Positions 6,060 to 15,100 of a stretch of 27,083 bases of DNA are shown here, one piece after another (positions within the stretch are counted from its first letter, which is position 1; each line of letters begins with the position of its first letter). The stretch is from a bacterium (lineage in GTDB: Bacteria; Nitrospirota; Thermodesulfovibrionia; Thermodesulfovibrionales; BMS3Bbin05). A program made the position numbers and the translations under genes. The stretch spans positions 1-27,083 of the forward strand of contig JBLNHB010000343.1 in NCBI GenBank assembly GCA_050268805.1. The letters run 5' to 3'. The notes under the pieces are model-generated. The model did no database searches. It was not told where the DNA came from and saw only the letters and a program-made list of their open reading frames with translations.

Positions 6060-7439
6060 ATGAAAGAATACGAAATCATCGTCATCGGCTCAGGAGCAGG
6101 CTCCATCATTGTTGAAGATGCCTTGTCTCAGGGGCTTTCCGTCGCCCTCGTTGATAAGGGTCCGCTGGGTGGAACCTGCCTGAACACCGGTTGAATTCCC
6201 TCGAAACTGCTGGTGTATCCGGCAGACAGAATTGCCGAGATTCAGGAGTCCCACAAGCTCGGTATAACGGCTGAAATCAGGCAGATCGATTTCGGAACGA
6301 TAATGGAGCGCATGAGGGAAAAAGTTGTGACCGGACAGGATCATGTCCGGCAGGCAATCCGCAACAACCGGAAACTCGATTTCTACGAAGGGGAAGCCCG
6401 TTTTACCGGCAATTACACCCTTGAGATCAACAGTGAGAAGATCAGGGGCAAAAAGATCTTCATTGTAGCAGGCGCACGACCCCTGATACCAAATATCAAA
6501 GGCATCGACAGAGTCCCCTATCTCACCAATGAAACTCTCCTTGCGCTCGATGAAAGGCCGAAGAGTCTGATTATCATCGGCGGAGGCGATGTGGCGGTTG
6601 AGTATGCACACTTTTTCGCGTCTGTGGGTACTGAGGTTACGGTTCTCCAGAGGAACAGGAGACTCGTCCCGATGGAAGAACCGGAAATATCCGACCTCCT
6701 AAAGAAAGTATTGCAGAGGCGCATGACCGTTCTTACCGATACGGAAGTGACCGAAGTAAAACGTGTGGGAGGTTTCTATGCCGCCGTGGGGAAAAAGATC
6801 TCAACAGGCGAAACGGTGGAGGCCACGGCTTCGGCGATTTTGCTGGCAGCCGGAAGAAAGTCGAATGCAGATACGCTCAACGTTGAGAATACCGGAGTGA
6901 AAACGGACGACAGGGGGTACATCAAGGTCGACGATTTTTTCGAAACATCCCAAAAAAACATATGGGCCTTTGGAGATATCCTGGGAATCTCTATGTTCAG
7001 GCATGTAGCCAACAGGCAGGCCTTGATCACGTGGCACAATGCGATGCACAAGGAAAAGATGAAAATGGATTTCCAGTCAGCCCCCCATGCCATTTTCACC
7101 AGTCCACAGATCGCTTCTGTCGGCCTGACAGAAGAGCAGGCCGTGAAACAGTTTAAGCCAGGCGAAATCCTCATCGGCAGATCCCGCTATTCCGATGTGG
7201 TCATGGGTGAGGCAATGGCGGTAAGCGATGGCTTTGCCAAAGCGCTCGTTGAAAAAAAAACCGGGAGGATTCTCGGTTTTCACATGATCGGCCCATCCTC
7301 GTCTGCCCTCATTCAGGAAGTCATCAATATGATCGCCATCGGCGGAGACGCGTGGGCGCTGGGCAGGGGCATGCACATCCATCCTGCGCTCCCTGAGTTG
7401 ATCATTTCGACGCTGAACAATCTTCATGAGGGGCATTGA
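6060..7439 (+). CDS. Class I pyridine nucleotide-disulfide oxidoreductase (mycothione reductase/dihydrolipoyl dehydrogenase-like), 459 aa, with in-frame TGA (candidate Sec45) in the redox motif
   Basis: Frame from ATG 6060 reads MKEYEIIVIGSGAG (FAD GxGxxG)...GGTCLNTG[TGA 6192-6194]IPSK, in frame with the 6213..7439 ORF. Downstream AGARP, GGGDVAVE, LAAGRKSN, IWAFGD, C-terminal HPALPE His/Glu dyad. Confidence 0.9.
6194..6233 (+). promoter_or_regulatory. Candidate bacterial SECIS element
   Basis: 7-bp stem CTGCTGG/CCGGCAG (6207-6225, one G-U) with loop TGTAT, starting 12 nt after the UGA. Additional lower stem AATTC/GAATT (6194-6198/6229-6233). Confidence 0.6.
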
Positions 7440-7441
7440 AC

Positions 7442-8539
7442 ATGAAACTTGCACTCATAGGACTTCCCAATTCCGGAAAGACAACTGTGTTTAATGCTCT
7501 CACCGGACTAAATCTCGAGACAACGCTCTACCCCACGACCGCCGGAGAACCCCACATTGGCATTGTCAAGGTGCCTGACGGGCGGGTCGATGAACTCTCT
7601 CGAATCTTCAAACCCAGAAAGACAACATACGCGACTGTTGAATATGTCGATTTTCTTGGTATTACGAAAGGGGATCTGGCACAGAACAGAAAGGTGTTCG
7701 ATGTGATCAAAGATGCCGATGCTCTCGTTCACATCATTCGGGGGTTCCATGATGATGCAATCTCCCACCCCGATGGATCTGTCGACCCGATCCGTGACGT
7801 GGAAACGGTCGAAACAGAATTGATCTTTTCCGACCTGGAGCTGGTTGAGAAAAGACTCCAGAGAATGGAAGAAGGGATCAAGAGGGGCAAAAAACCGGAC
7901 GAGTCCGAAAAGAGGGTATTGATGAAGTGCAGAGAATACCTCGAAAAAGAAATTCCCTTACGCTTGGCCGTATTCGACGCTGAAGAGCTCAGATCCATGA
8001 AGCATCTGCAGTTCATATCCATTCTGCCGGTGATCAACGGTGTCAATGTTGCTGAAAGCGACCTCACAAAGGCAGTTAGCTCCACCATTGCCGACAAGTT
8101 GCACAAGAGCCTCCAAAAGCACCCGCATCTCAATGTCGTACCACCGATCATTCTTTCCGGAAAGATTGAGATGGAGATTGCCCAGCTCCCGTCCGATGAG
8201 GCTGCCGAGTTCCTCAAGGACCTTGGTATCAGCGAACCTGCCAGGGACAGGCTCATCCGTGAATCCTACAGCTTGCTCGGCTTAGTTTCATTCTTTACCG
8301 TCGGTGAAGACGAGGTGAGAGCGTGGACCATCAGGAAAGGCACTTTCGCGCTCACTGCAGCGGGGAAAATCCATTCGGACATCGAGCGAGGTTTCATCAG
8401 GGCGGAGGTCATATCATACCCTGATTTTATCCGATCGGGGAGCATGGCAGCAGCAAAGCAGCACGGTCTGCTGCGGCTCGAGGGAAAAAATTACATTGTC
8501 CGGGATGGTGATATCATCAACTTCAGGTTCAACGTCTGA
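7442..8539 (+). CDS. ychF: Redox-regulated ATPase YchF (OBG family, TGS domain)
   Basis: GLPNSGKTT P-loop, YPTT, VKVPDGR, VDFLG, FFTVGEDEVRAW, AAGKIHSDIERGFIRAEV, EGKNYIVRDGDIINFRFNV. Start at ATG 7442 with GAGGG SD. Confidence 0.97.
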   Translation: MKLALIGLPNSGKTTVFNALTGLNLETTLYPTTAGEPHIGIVKVPDGRVDELSRIFKPRKTTYATVEYVDFLGITKGDLAQNRKVFDVIKDADALVHIIRGFHDDAISHPDGSVDPIRDVETVETELIFSDLELVEKRLQRMEEGIKRGKKPDESEKRVLMKCREYLEKEIPLRLAVFDAEELRSMKHLQFISILPVINGVNVAESDLTKAVSSTIADKLHKSLQKHPHLNVVPPIILSGKIEMEIAQLPSDEAAEFLKDLGISEPARDRLIRESYSLLGLVSFFTVGEDEVRAWTIRKGTFALTAAGKIHSDIERGFIRAEVISYPDFIRSGSMAAAKQHGLLRLEGKNYIVRDGDIINFRFNV

Positions 8540-9494
8540 AATGCGTCCATGCCTCATGAATGAGCAATTCAGGGCATTCCCGGTACCGGGGAGAAAAATG
8601 GAGTAAATGTAGATTCTTCACACCCGCATTCCCTGCGATCATACCCGCAATGCCCGCCGTCAGATGCCTCCTCTCCCGCGCCAGTTCGATTTCGTTGTCC
8701 GAAAAGTACGCTTCGATATAGAGGGTATCAGATCCCGAAATAAATTCCGTAATTGCGCCGATATTATCGTCTTCGGGTGATGAATCCATGATGTAGGAGA
8801 TTTTCTGCCCTCCCGTCATAGTGTAGAGATCGGACAGCTCAGAGACCTTCTTCTCTCCCCTGCCGGTATCAATGAGCGCCTCCGCGTCATACACACGGAT
8901 TGCTCTTTTGAGATCGGATAGCCAGGGTCCCACCGTAAACCCCTGTTCAATGAGTCTTGCTTTATTGATATTGATGTGCATCTTCTCCTCCAGGGAAAAT
9001 CCCAGAGTTTGTATATCGTGCTTGAGAACGATACCCTTGACGGTCAGGAGATCTGTGTCCAGCAAAATTACGGCTTGCTCACGGATTCCCTCATCCCTCC
9101 GGGCAAAACCCTCTTGAGCCCGGTACCTTACCTTTCTCACATTCTCCCTCCCGACCTCGTGGACAACCAGTTCGAGCGGATATTGGGAGAGAAGATTCCA
9201 CGTAAACCCCTTCAGTTTTCCTTCGATGCAGTCGACAATTCCTTCGGGTCCGTAGAGAGCAACCGGTTCAAGTCTTCGCAGAAGGGCGCGGATGATCGTG
9301 TCAAACCCGATAAAATGGTCAATATGCATATGACTGATGAAGACATGGGTGAGTTTCAGAAGCTCACGCTGAGAGAGCGGAGAGATGTCCCCGGCATCGA
9401 AGAGTAAACCGATCCCCTCTCTGAGTACCCGGACATACACAGCCGGGTCCTCAAAAGGGCTGTTCACCGGCTTATGATGAAAGGTCGGCTTCAT
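8529..9494 (-). CDS. rnz: Ribonuclease Z-like metallo-beta-lactamase
   Basis: LLFDAG, THVFISHMHIDH (HxHxDH), LYGPEG, LYIEAYF, RRHLTA, LLHFSPRY. Start at ATG 9494 with AAGGTGG SD. Confidence 0.85.
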   Translation of the reverse strand: MKPTFHHKPVNSPFEDPAVYVRVLREGIGLLFDAGDISPLSQRELLKLTHVFISHMHIDHFIGFDTIIRALLRRLEPVALYGPEGIVDCIEGKLKGFTWNLLSQYPLELVVHEVGRENVRKVRYRAQEGFARRDEGIREQAVILLDTDLLTVKGIVLKHDIQTLGFSLEEKMHININKARLIEQGFTVGPWLSDLKRAIRVYDAEALIDTGRGEKKVSELSDLYTMTGGQKISYIMDSSPEDDNIGAITEFISGSDTLYIEAYFSDNEIELARERRHLTAGIAGMIAGNAGVKNLHLLHFSPRYRECPELLIHEAWTHFRR

Positions 9495-9645
9495 GACCAC
9501 CTTTGTACTTCCTTTGATACCTATACCATCTCATGTGAGCATTCCCTTTTCAAACCTCCGGATCGGGGATACGTTCCTTCATCTTCGTCATGGAGGATTC
9601 GCGGACCACGACAAGAAAAATACCTTTCTAGTCTAACTCTTTTAT

Positions 9646-9654
9646 TGATATAAT
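9646..9654 (+). promoter_or_regulatory. Extended -10 promoter (TGaTATAAT) for the galT-glgA operon
   Basis: TTGATATAATT at 9645-9655, 56 nt upstream of ATG 9711. Confidence 0.6.
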
Positions 9655-9710
9655 TAACTTACTACAAAACCTCATTATGGTTCCGCCAATGTCTGAACTT
9701 GGGAGGATTC

Positions 9711-10709
9711 ATGCCAGAGCTGAGAAAAGACCCCGTTTCAGGGAGATGGGTCATCATATCCGTCGAACGTGGCAAGAGACCGACTGATTTTGTCCCTCTT
9801 CCGCATAAAAGAAAAACTTCAGGATTTTGCCCTTTTTGTCCCGGGAATGAACATACAACTCCGAACGAAATCCTCGTATTCCGCGACAATAAGAATGATC
9901 CGACGTCGAAATGGACCCTGCGCGTCGTACCAAATAAGTTTCCGGCTCTCCAGACCCATGGTGATCTCAGCAAGACCGGTGAGGGTATCTTTGATAGAAT
10001 GAACGGCATCGGTGCGCATGAGATCATTATCGAGACCCCCGACCACAGCCTTTCGCTTGCAACAATGCCGCAGAAGTCAGTCGAAGATGTTTTACAGGCA
10101 TACTTCCTCAGGATGACGGACCTCAAAAAGGACCCGCGGTTCAAATATGTGCTGATTTTTAAGAACGAAGGCGATATTGCAGGCGCACCGCTCGAGCATT
10201 CCCACAGCCAGATGATCGCCCTCCCCATTGTACCCAAATCAGTCATGGATGAAGAAGAATCAGCGAGAAGATATTTTGATGAAAAGGGTCGCTGCCTCTT
10301 CTGCGACGTCATTAGTCAGGAACTGAACGCCATGAAGAGAGTCATTCATCAAAACCATTCCTATATCGCGATCGCTCCCTTTGCACCCCGTGCCCCCTTT
10401 GAGACATGGATATTACCCAAACAGCACCAATCATCATTTATCTCTCCCCAGGCTCAGCTCGGTGACCTCGCGGAGATACTTCAGAGAATTTTAAGGCAGA
10501 TAGACCGTGTTCTGGGAATTCCCCCTTACAATTTCATGATCCACACTTCTCCCTTCAGTGATGAACAGAATCAATTCTACCACTGGCATATCGAGATCGT
10601 TCCAAAGTTGGCAAAAATAGCGGGATTTGAATGGGGGTCCGGGTTTTATATAAATCCTACTCCTCCCGAGGAAGCAGTCCAGTACATGAAAGAGGCTGTG
10701 CTCCCCTGA
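9711..10709 (+). CDS. galT: GalT-family nucleotidyltransferase (annotated as galactose-1-phosphate uridylyltransferase)
   Basis: MPELRKDPV...ERGKRP, CPFCPGNE Zn motif, RVVPNKFPAL, GAHEIIIETP, EHSHSQ catalytic HxH, GFEWGSG. GGGAGG SD. Confidence 0.9.
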   Translation: MPELRKDPVSGRWVIISVERGKRPTDFVPLPHKRKTSGFCPFCPGNEHTTPNEILVFRDNKNDPTSKWTLRVVPNKFPALQTHGDLSKTGEGIFDRMNGIGAHEIIIETPDHSLSLATMPQKSVEDVLQAYFLRMTDLKKDPRFKYVLIFKNEGDIAGAPLEHSHSQMIALPIVPKSVMDEEESARRYFDEKGRCLFCDVISQELNAMKRVIHQNHSYIAIAPFAPRAPFETWILPKQHQSSFISPQAQLGDLAEILQRILRQIDRVLGIPPYNFMIHTSPFSDEQNQFYHWHIEIVPKLAKIAGFEWGSGFYINPTPPEEAVQYMKEAVLP

Positions 10710-12142
10710 TGAACATTGTAATCGTTTCCCCCGAAGCAGTCCCCTTTGCCAAGACAGGTGGTCTTGCTGATGTTGCCGGTGCGCTCTTGCAGGGGCTGAG
10801 CAGGACAGGGCATGACGCTTTCTTATTTATGCCGCTGTATCGAGGTGTCCGGGGGAGCATCCGCCCGAAAGAGGCGGCACGGGGCCAGAAGATATTCATG
10901 GGAGAGCGGGCATATTACTTTGACATTCTCTCGCAGAGGAATGCCTTTTTCATTTCCAATGACTATTTCTTTGACCGTGATGGCCTCTATGGGGACTCAC
11001 GGGGCGATTTCCCCGATAATCCGGAGCGGTTCGCGTTCTTCTGCCTGTCTGTCTTGCATGCAACGAAAATTCTCGGGATAAAACCCGACATCTATCATCT
11101 CCATGACTGGCAGACAGCACTCCTCCCTCTGTACCGGAGAGAACTGTTTACTCCTGCGGACAATGCGGCTGCTGTTCTTACAATACACAATGTCGGCTAT
11201 CAGGGCATCTTCCCTCCTGAGACACTCCCCCGCTTGGGAATATCCGGAAAATTTTTCACCATTCACGGCATCGAGTTTCACGGAAATCTCAACCTGCTGA
11301 AAGCAGGCATTCTCTATTCCGATCGTGTGACCACGGTCAGCCCGACGTATGCGCATGAGATCACTTCCCCGGAGTATGGATTCGGATTGGAAGGATCGCT
11401 GAGATGGAAAGGCGTTACGGGTATCCTGAACGGAATTGACTATGACCTCTGGAATCCCGCGGATGACATCCATCTGAAAAGGAATTACACCATTCAGACT
11501 TTGCACGGGAGAGCAGCCTGCAAGGAAGAACTCCTTTCGGTCTGCCGCTTGCGGGACCGCTCCCTTCCCTTGATCGGAAGTATCGGCAGGATCATTGCTC
11601 AAAAGGGGTATGACCTTATTGCAGACTGCCTTGAGGATATCATCGGGCTGGGCGCCAACATCGTCATCCTCGGGAGAGGCGACCGGGACATCGAACAGGA
11701 ACTTCAGAGGGCTGCAGCCCGTTTTCGGGATCGAGTGCATGTGAGCACCCTTTTCAATGAACCACTTGCCAGGAAGATTTACGCCGGCTCGGACCTCTTT
11801 CTGATGCCATCGAGATATGAGCCCTGTGGTCTTGCCCAAATGATCGCGATGAGGTATGGATCGATTCCCATCGTCCGGAAGACCGGAGGCCTTGCAGACA
11901 CGGTCACGGATTTCAATAGCGGAAGTCCTGAGGGGACAGGTTTTCTTTTTCATGACGCAGACCGGAATGACCTCGTCGAGTGCATCAAGAGGGCGCTCTG
12001 CGTATGGAAGAACAAACGGGACTGGAACAGGCTTACCAGGAACGCTATGCGTTTGCGCTTTTCATGGGAACACTCAATCTCTCAGTATAGTGCTCTCTAT
12101 GGATCACTGGTGGGAAGACAGAGAAATGTACCTCAAGCATAA
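10709..12142 (+). CDS. glgA: Glycogen synthase (GT5)
   Basis: PFAKTGGLADV (KTGGL), HLHDWQT, LTIHN, TTVSPTYA, GILNGID, QKG, PSRYEPCGLAQM, TGGLADTV. ATG overlaps the galT TGA. Confidence 0.96.
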   Translation: MNIVIVSPEAVPFAKTGGLADVAGALLQGLSRTGHDAFLFMPLYRGVRGSIRPKEAARGQKIFMGERAYYFDILSQRNAFFISNDYFFDRDGLYGDSRGDFPDNPERFAFFCLSVLHATKILGIKPDIYHLHDWQTALLPLYRRELFTPADNAAAVLTIHNVGYQGIFPPETLPRLGISGKFFTIHGIEFHGNLNLLKAGILYSDRVTTVSPTYAHEITSPEYGFGLEGSLRWKGVTGILNGIDYDLWNPADDIHLKRNYTIQTLHGRAACKEELLSVCRLRDRSLPLIGSIGRIIAQKGYDLIADCLEDIIGLGANIVILGRGDRDIEQELQRAAARFRDRVHVSTLFNEPLARKIYAGSDLFLMPSRYEPCGLAQMIAMRYGSIPIVRKTGGLADTVTDFNSGSPEGTGFLFHDADRNDLVECIKRALCVWKNKRDWNRLTRNAMRLRFSWEHSISQYSALYGSLVGRQRNVPQA

Positions 12143-15100
12143 ATTAACCGTATTTCTGGCAGGTTTTCTCGCTGCTCTCCTAATCTTTGCAGCAGGGAGC
12201 ATGTATATTTTTGAAAAGTTTCAGGACGCCATCTCGATTATGAAACAGGTATCAACAGAACACAGGCAGCATGAGGTGCTCAAGGCCGCGATCGTGGATC
12301 TTGTGAGCGCTGCCAAAAACTGGGGATTCACCGGACAGCTCGAATACAAGAGAATGTACCGGGAACGGAGAAATGAGGTCATCACAACATTTGAATCACT
12401 CCGTGAAGTTACCAAGGACCGGGATGCATTGAACAGGATCGGTGAGGAATTCGACAGCATCGATCGGAGTGTCAAAGAACTCTTTTCCTATGGCCAGCCG
12501 GTCGGAAATCCCCCGGTTCTGTCCCTGATACGACAGCTCGATAACAAAACCGTCGGGATCATGGGTTCCATCGAGGAGTTCCACAATGCTTCTCTCTTTT
12601 CCCTCGACATGGTCTCTCTGAGGACCGAACGCATCAAGAACGCCATGTCAGCCTATCTCATCTCGACAATCGTTTTCCTCTTCGTCGCCTCGTTCTCCCT
12701 CCTCCTGTTGATCAGAAGAGTTGTTCACCGTCCCATGAATCTCCTCCTGACAGCGACCGAAAAAATCGCATTGGGTGATCTCGAATACCGGGTCTCCTAT
12801 GACCGTGAAGATGAATTCGGAATCCTCTCGAAAAGATTCAACGATATGATCGACAAGGTGCATGCATCAGAAACAAAGATCAAGGACAAGCTCAACGAGA
12901 CGGAAATCCTCCTCGACATCGCGAATCTGGTCAGCTCCTCCATCGACCTCTCGTCTGCGTTTACCGTTATCGCTGATATCATTCCCAAGCGAACGGTAAA
13001 GGACGGCACTGCTCTTTACCTCTACCATCCCCTGAAAAAGGACTTTAAGAGAGAAGCATACTCCAGGGACCATGCCGAGATATTTGCCGACTCAATACCT
13101 CCGGACGATACCGTTTCACGGGAAATCCTCATGCGCACGCAACCCGTATCCCTGTCGCGCGATCAGATTTCGTCGACAGGCTGTGTCAGGGGATTCACCG
13201 GGAGCCTGCTTGCTGTCCCGATTACTTCCGAGAACATGGTATCGGGTCTGTTGGTCACGGTTTCGCAATTGCAGGAAGAGATTCCCCAGGAGGAAATCAA
13301 TCTTTTTGTTCTCATCGCCCATACTATTGGAACGGCGCTGAAAAATTCCGAGCTCTATACGGCGGCAAAAACCCAGCTCAAACGGTTTTCGGCGCTCTAC
13401 GAACTGGCGCAGACCGTAACGAGCGCCCTGACCCTCGATGAACTTTTCAGGAAAGTATCCGCTGAAACGACCCGGTTGCTCAATGCGCGGGGCTGCATTA
13501 TCCGGATCCTTGATGGTGATGACCTCAAAGTCCAGTCAATGCACGGGCTCCCGGCGGGGATACAGAGAGAACTCGATCTCAAGATCGGGGACGGCATAGC
13601 CGGCATGGTCGCCAGAACCGGAAAATCCCTCCTCATCGAGGATGTTTCGGAACTTCCGGAAGAAATGAGACGGCCGCGGATCGATCTGAAGTCAGTCGTT
13701 ATCGTCCCTATGAAAATCGATGAGTCTGTCATCGGCACGATCGGACTGTTTGATAAAACAGATGCCAGGGGCACAGCCATCTCATTCAGTACCGAGGATC
13801 TCGAGACAACCGAAGGTTTTGCATCGATTACCGCCATCGGTTACGAAAAAATCATGAGCTATGACCGGGAACGGATGCGGGAACAGACTGCGCTAGAAGC
13901 CAAGAAGAGGATGGAAACACTTTTTGAGAGCGTTCGGGGAGGTATTCTCACGCTCAACCGGCAGGGTACCATCCTCCTTGCGAACAAATATGTCGAGAAC
14001 TGGATCGACCGGAAGCGGGAGGATATCATTGGAAAAAACAGCGTCGAGATATTTCACACCGCTGAGAATATGATCTGCCCTCACTGCGTATCTCAGGCGA
14101 CATTCCAGACTGGTGAAATCAATACCCTTACCCAGTCCCGCGGCATCAACTACGCGGAACTCTCCTCCTATCCTATCAGGGACGAATCCGGGAATATCAT
14201 CGAGGCTGTCGTCTTCATTCAGGATATTACCGATCGCGTTCTCTATCAGGAAGAAATCCTCAGTCTCTACAAGGAGGTCTCTCAGACAAAAGAGTACCTC
14301 GAAAGCCTGATTGATGATTCAGCGGACGCCATCATTACAACGGATCTTCAGGGAACCATTACCTCCTGGAACAGAGCGGCGGCGAGAATTTACGGCTTTT
14401 CCGAGGAAGAGGCACTGGGCACTTTTCTCCCCTTTGTACCCGACTTTCTCGTAGAAACAGAGAAAGCCTACATCGAGCGATTAAAGAAAGGAGAAACCAT
14501 CAAGGATCTCGAAACGGTCAGGATCAACAAAGAGGGAAAGATGTTCGAGATCAGCCTGACCCTCTCCCCGATCAAGGATACATCAGGAGAGATCATCGGC
14601 ATCAGCGGGATTTCGCGGGATATTTCCGAAAAGAAAAAGGTCGAAAAAGAATTGATCAGGAGAAACCAGGAGCTATCTCGGTTGTTCTTCATCAGTTCAG
14701 CGATGAGGGGAACTCTCGACCTGGAGAGGCTTCTTCGGATGATCCTCACGGCAGTCACTATGAGCGACGGCCTTGGATTTAACCGTGCCATCCTCTTCTT
14801 AGTTGACAAGGACAAGAACGTAATCAGGGGAGCCATGGGGGTGGGACCCTCTTCCGCTGAAGAAGCATGGCAGATATGGGACAAGCTCTCCATCGAGAAG
14901 AAAACGCTCCCTGATCTGCTCCAGGAAGTCGAGACCGGTCCGCTTAAAAAGGACTCTTTCCTCGATAAACTCGGGGTGGGCATGACCATTTCCCTCGATG
15001 AGGAAAGCACCTTAACACGCTCGGTCAAAGAGAAAATCCCGATCAATGTCAAGGATGTCCGAACTGAACCGCTGTCCGATGCCGTCCTCATCCAGCAGCT

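Noticed and set aside
6213-7439. 408-aa ORF starting at GTG 6213 as the complete reductase
   Set aside because: It lacks the FAD-binding GxGxxG and the redox motif, both encoded in frame upstream of the TGA at 6192.
10997-11953. 318-aa minus-strand ORF
   Set aside because: Antisense shadow of the well-conserved glgA, with no recognisable motifs.
11856-12125. 90-aa N-terminal extension of the kinase
   Set aside because: It lies inside glgA in another frame and is non-domain-like; ATG 12126 precedes the first TM segment.
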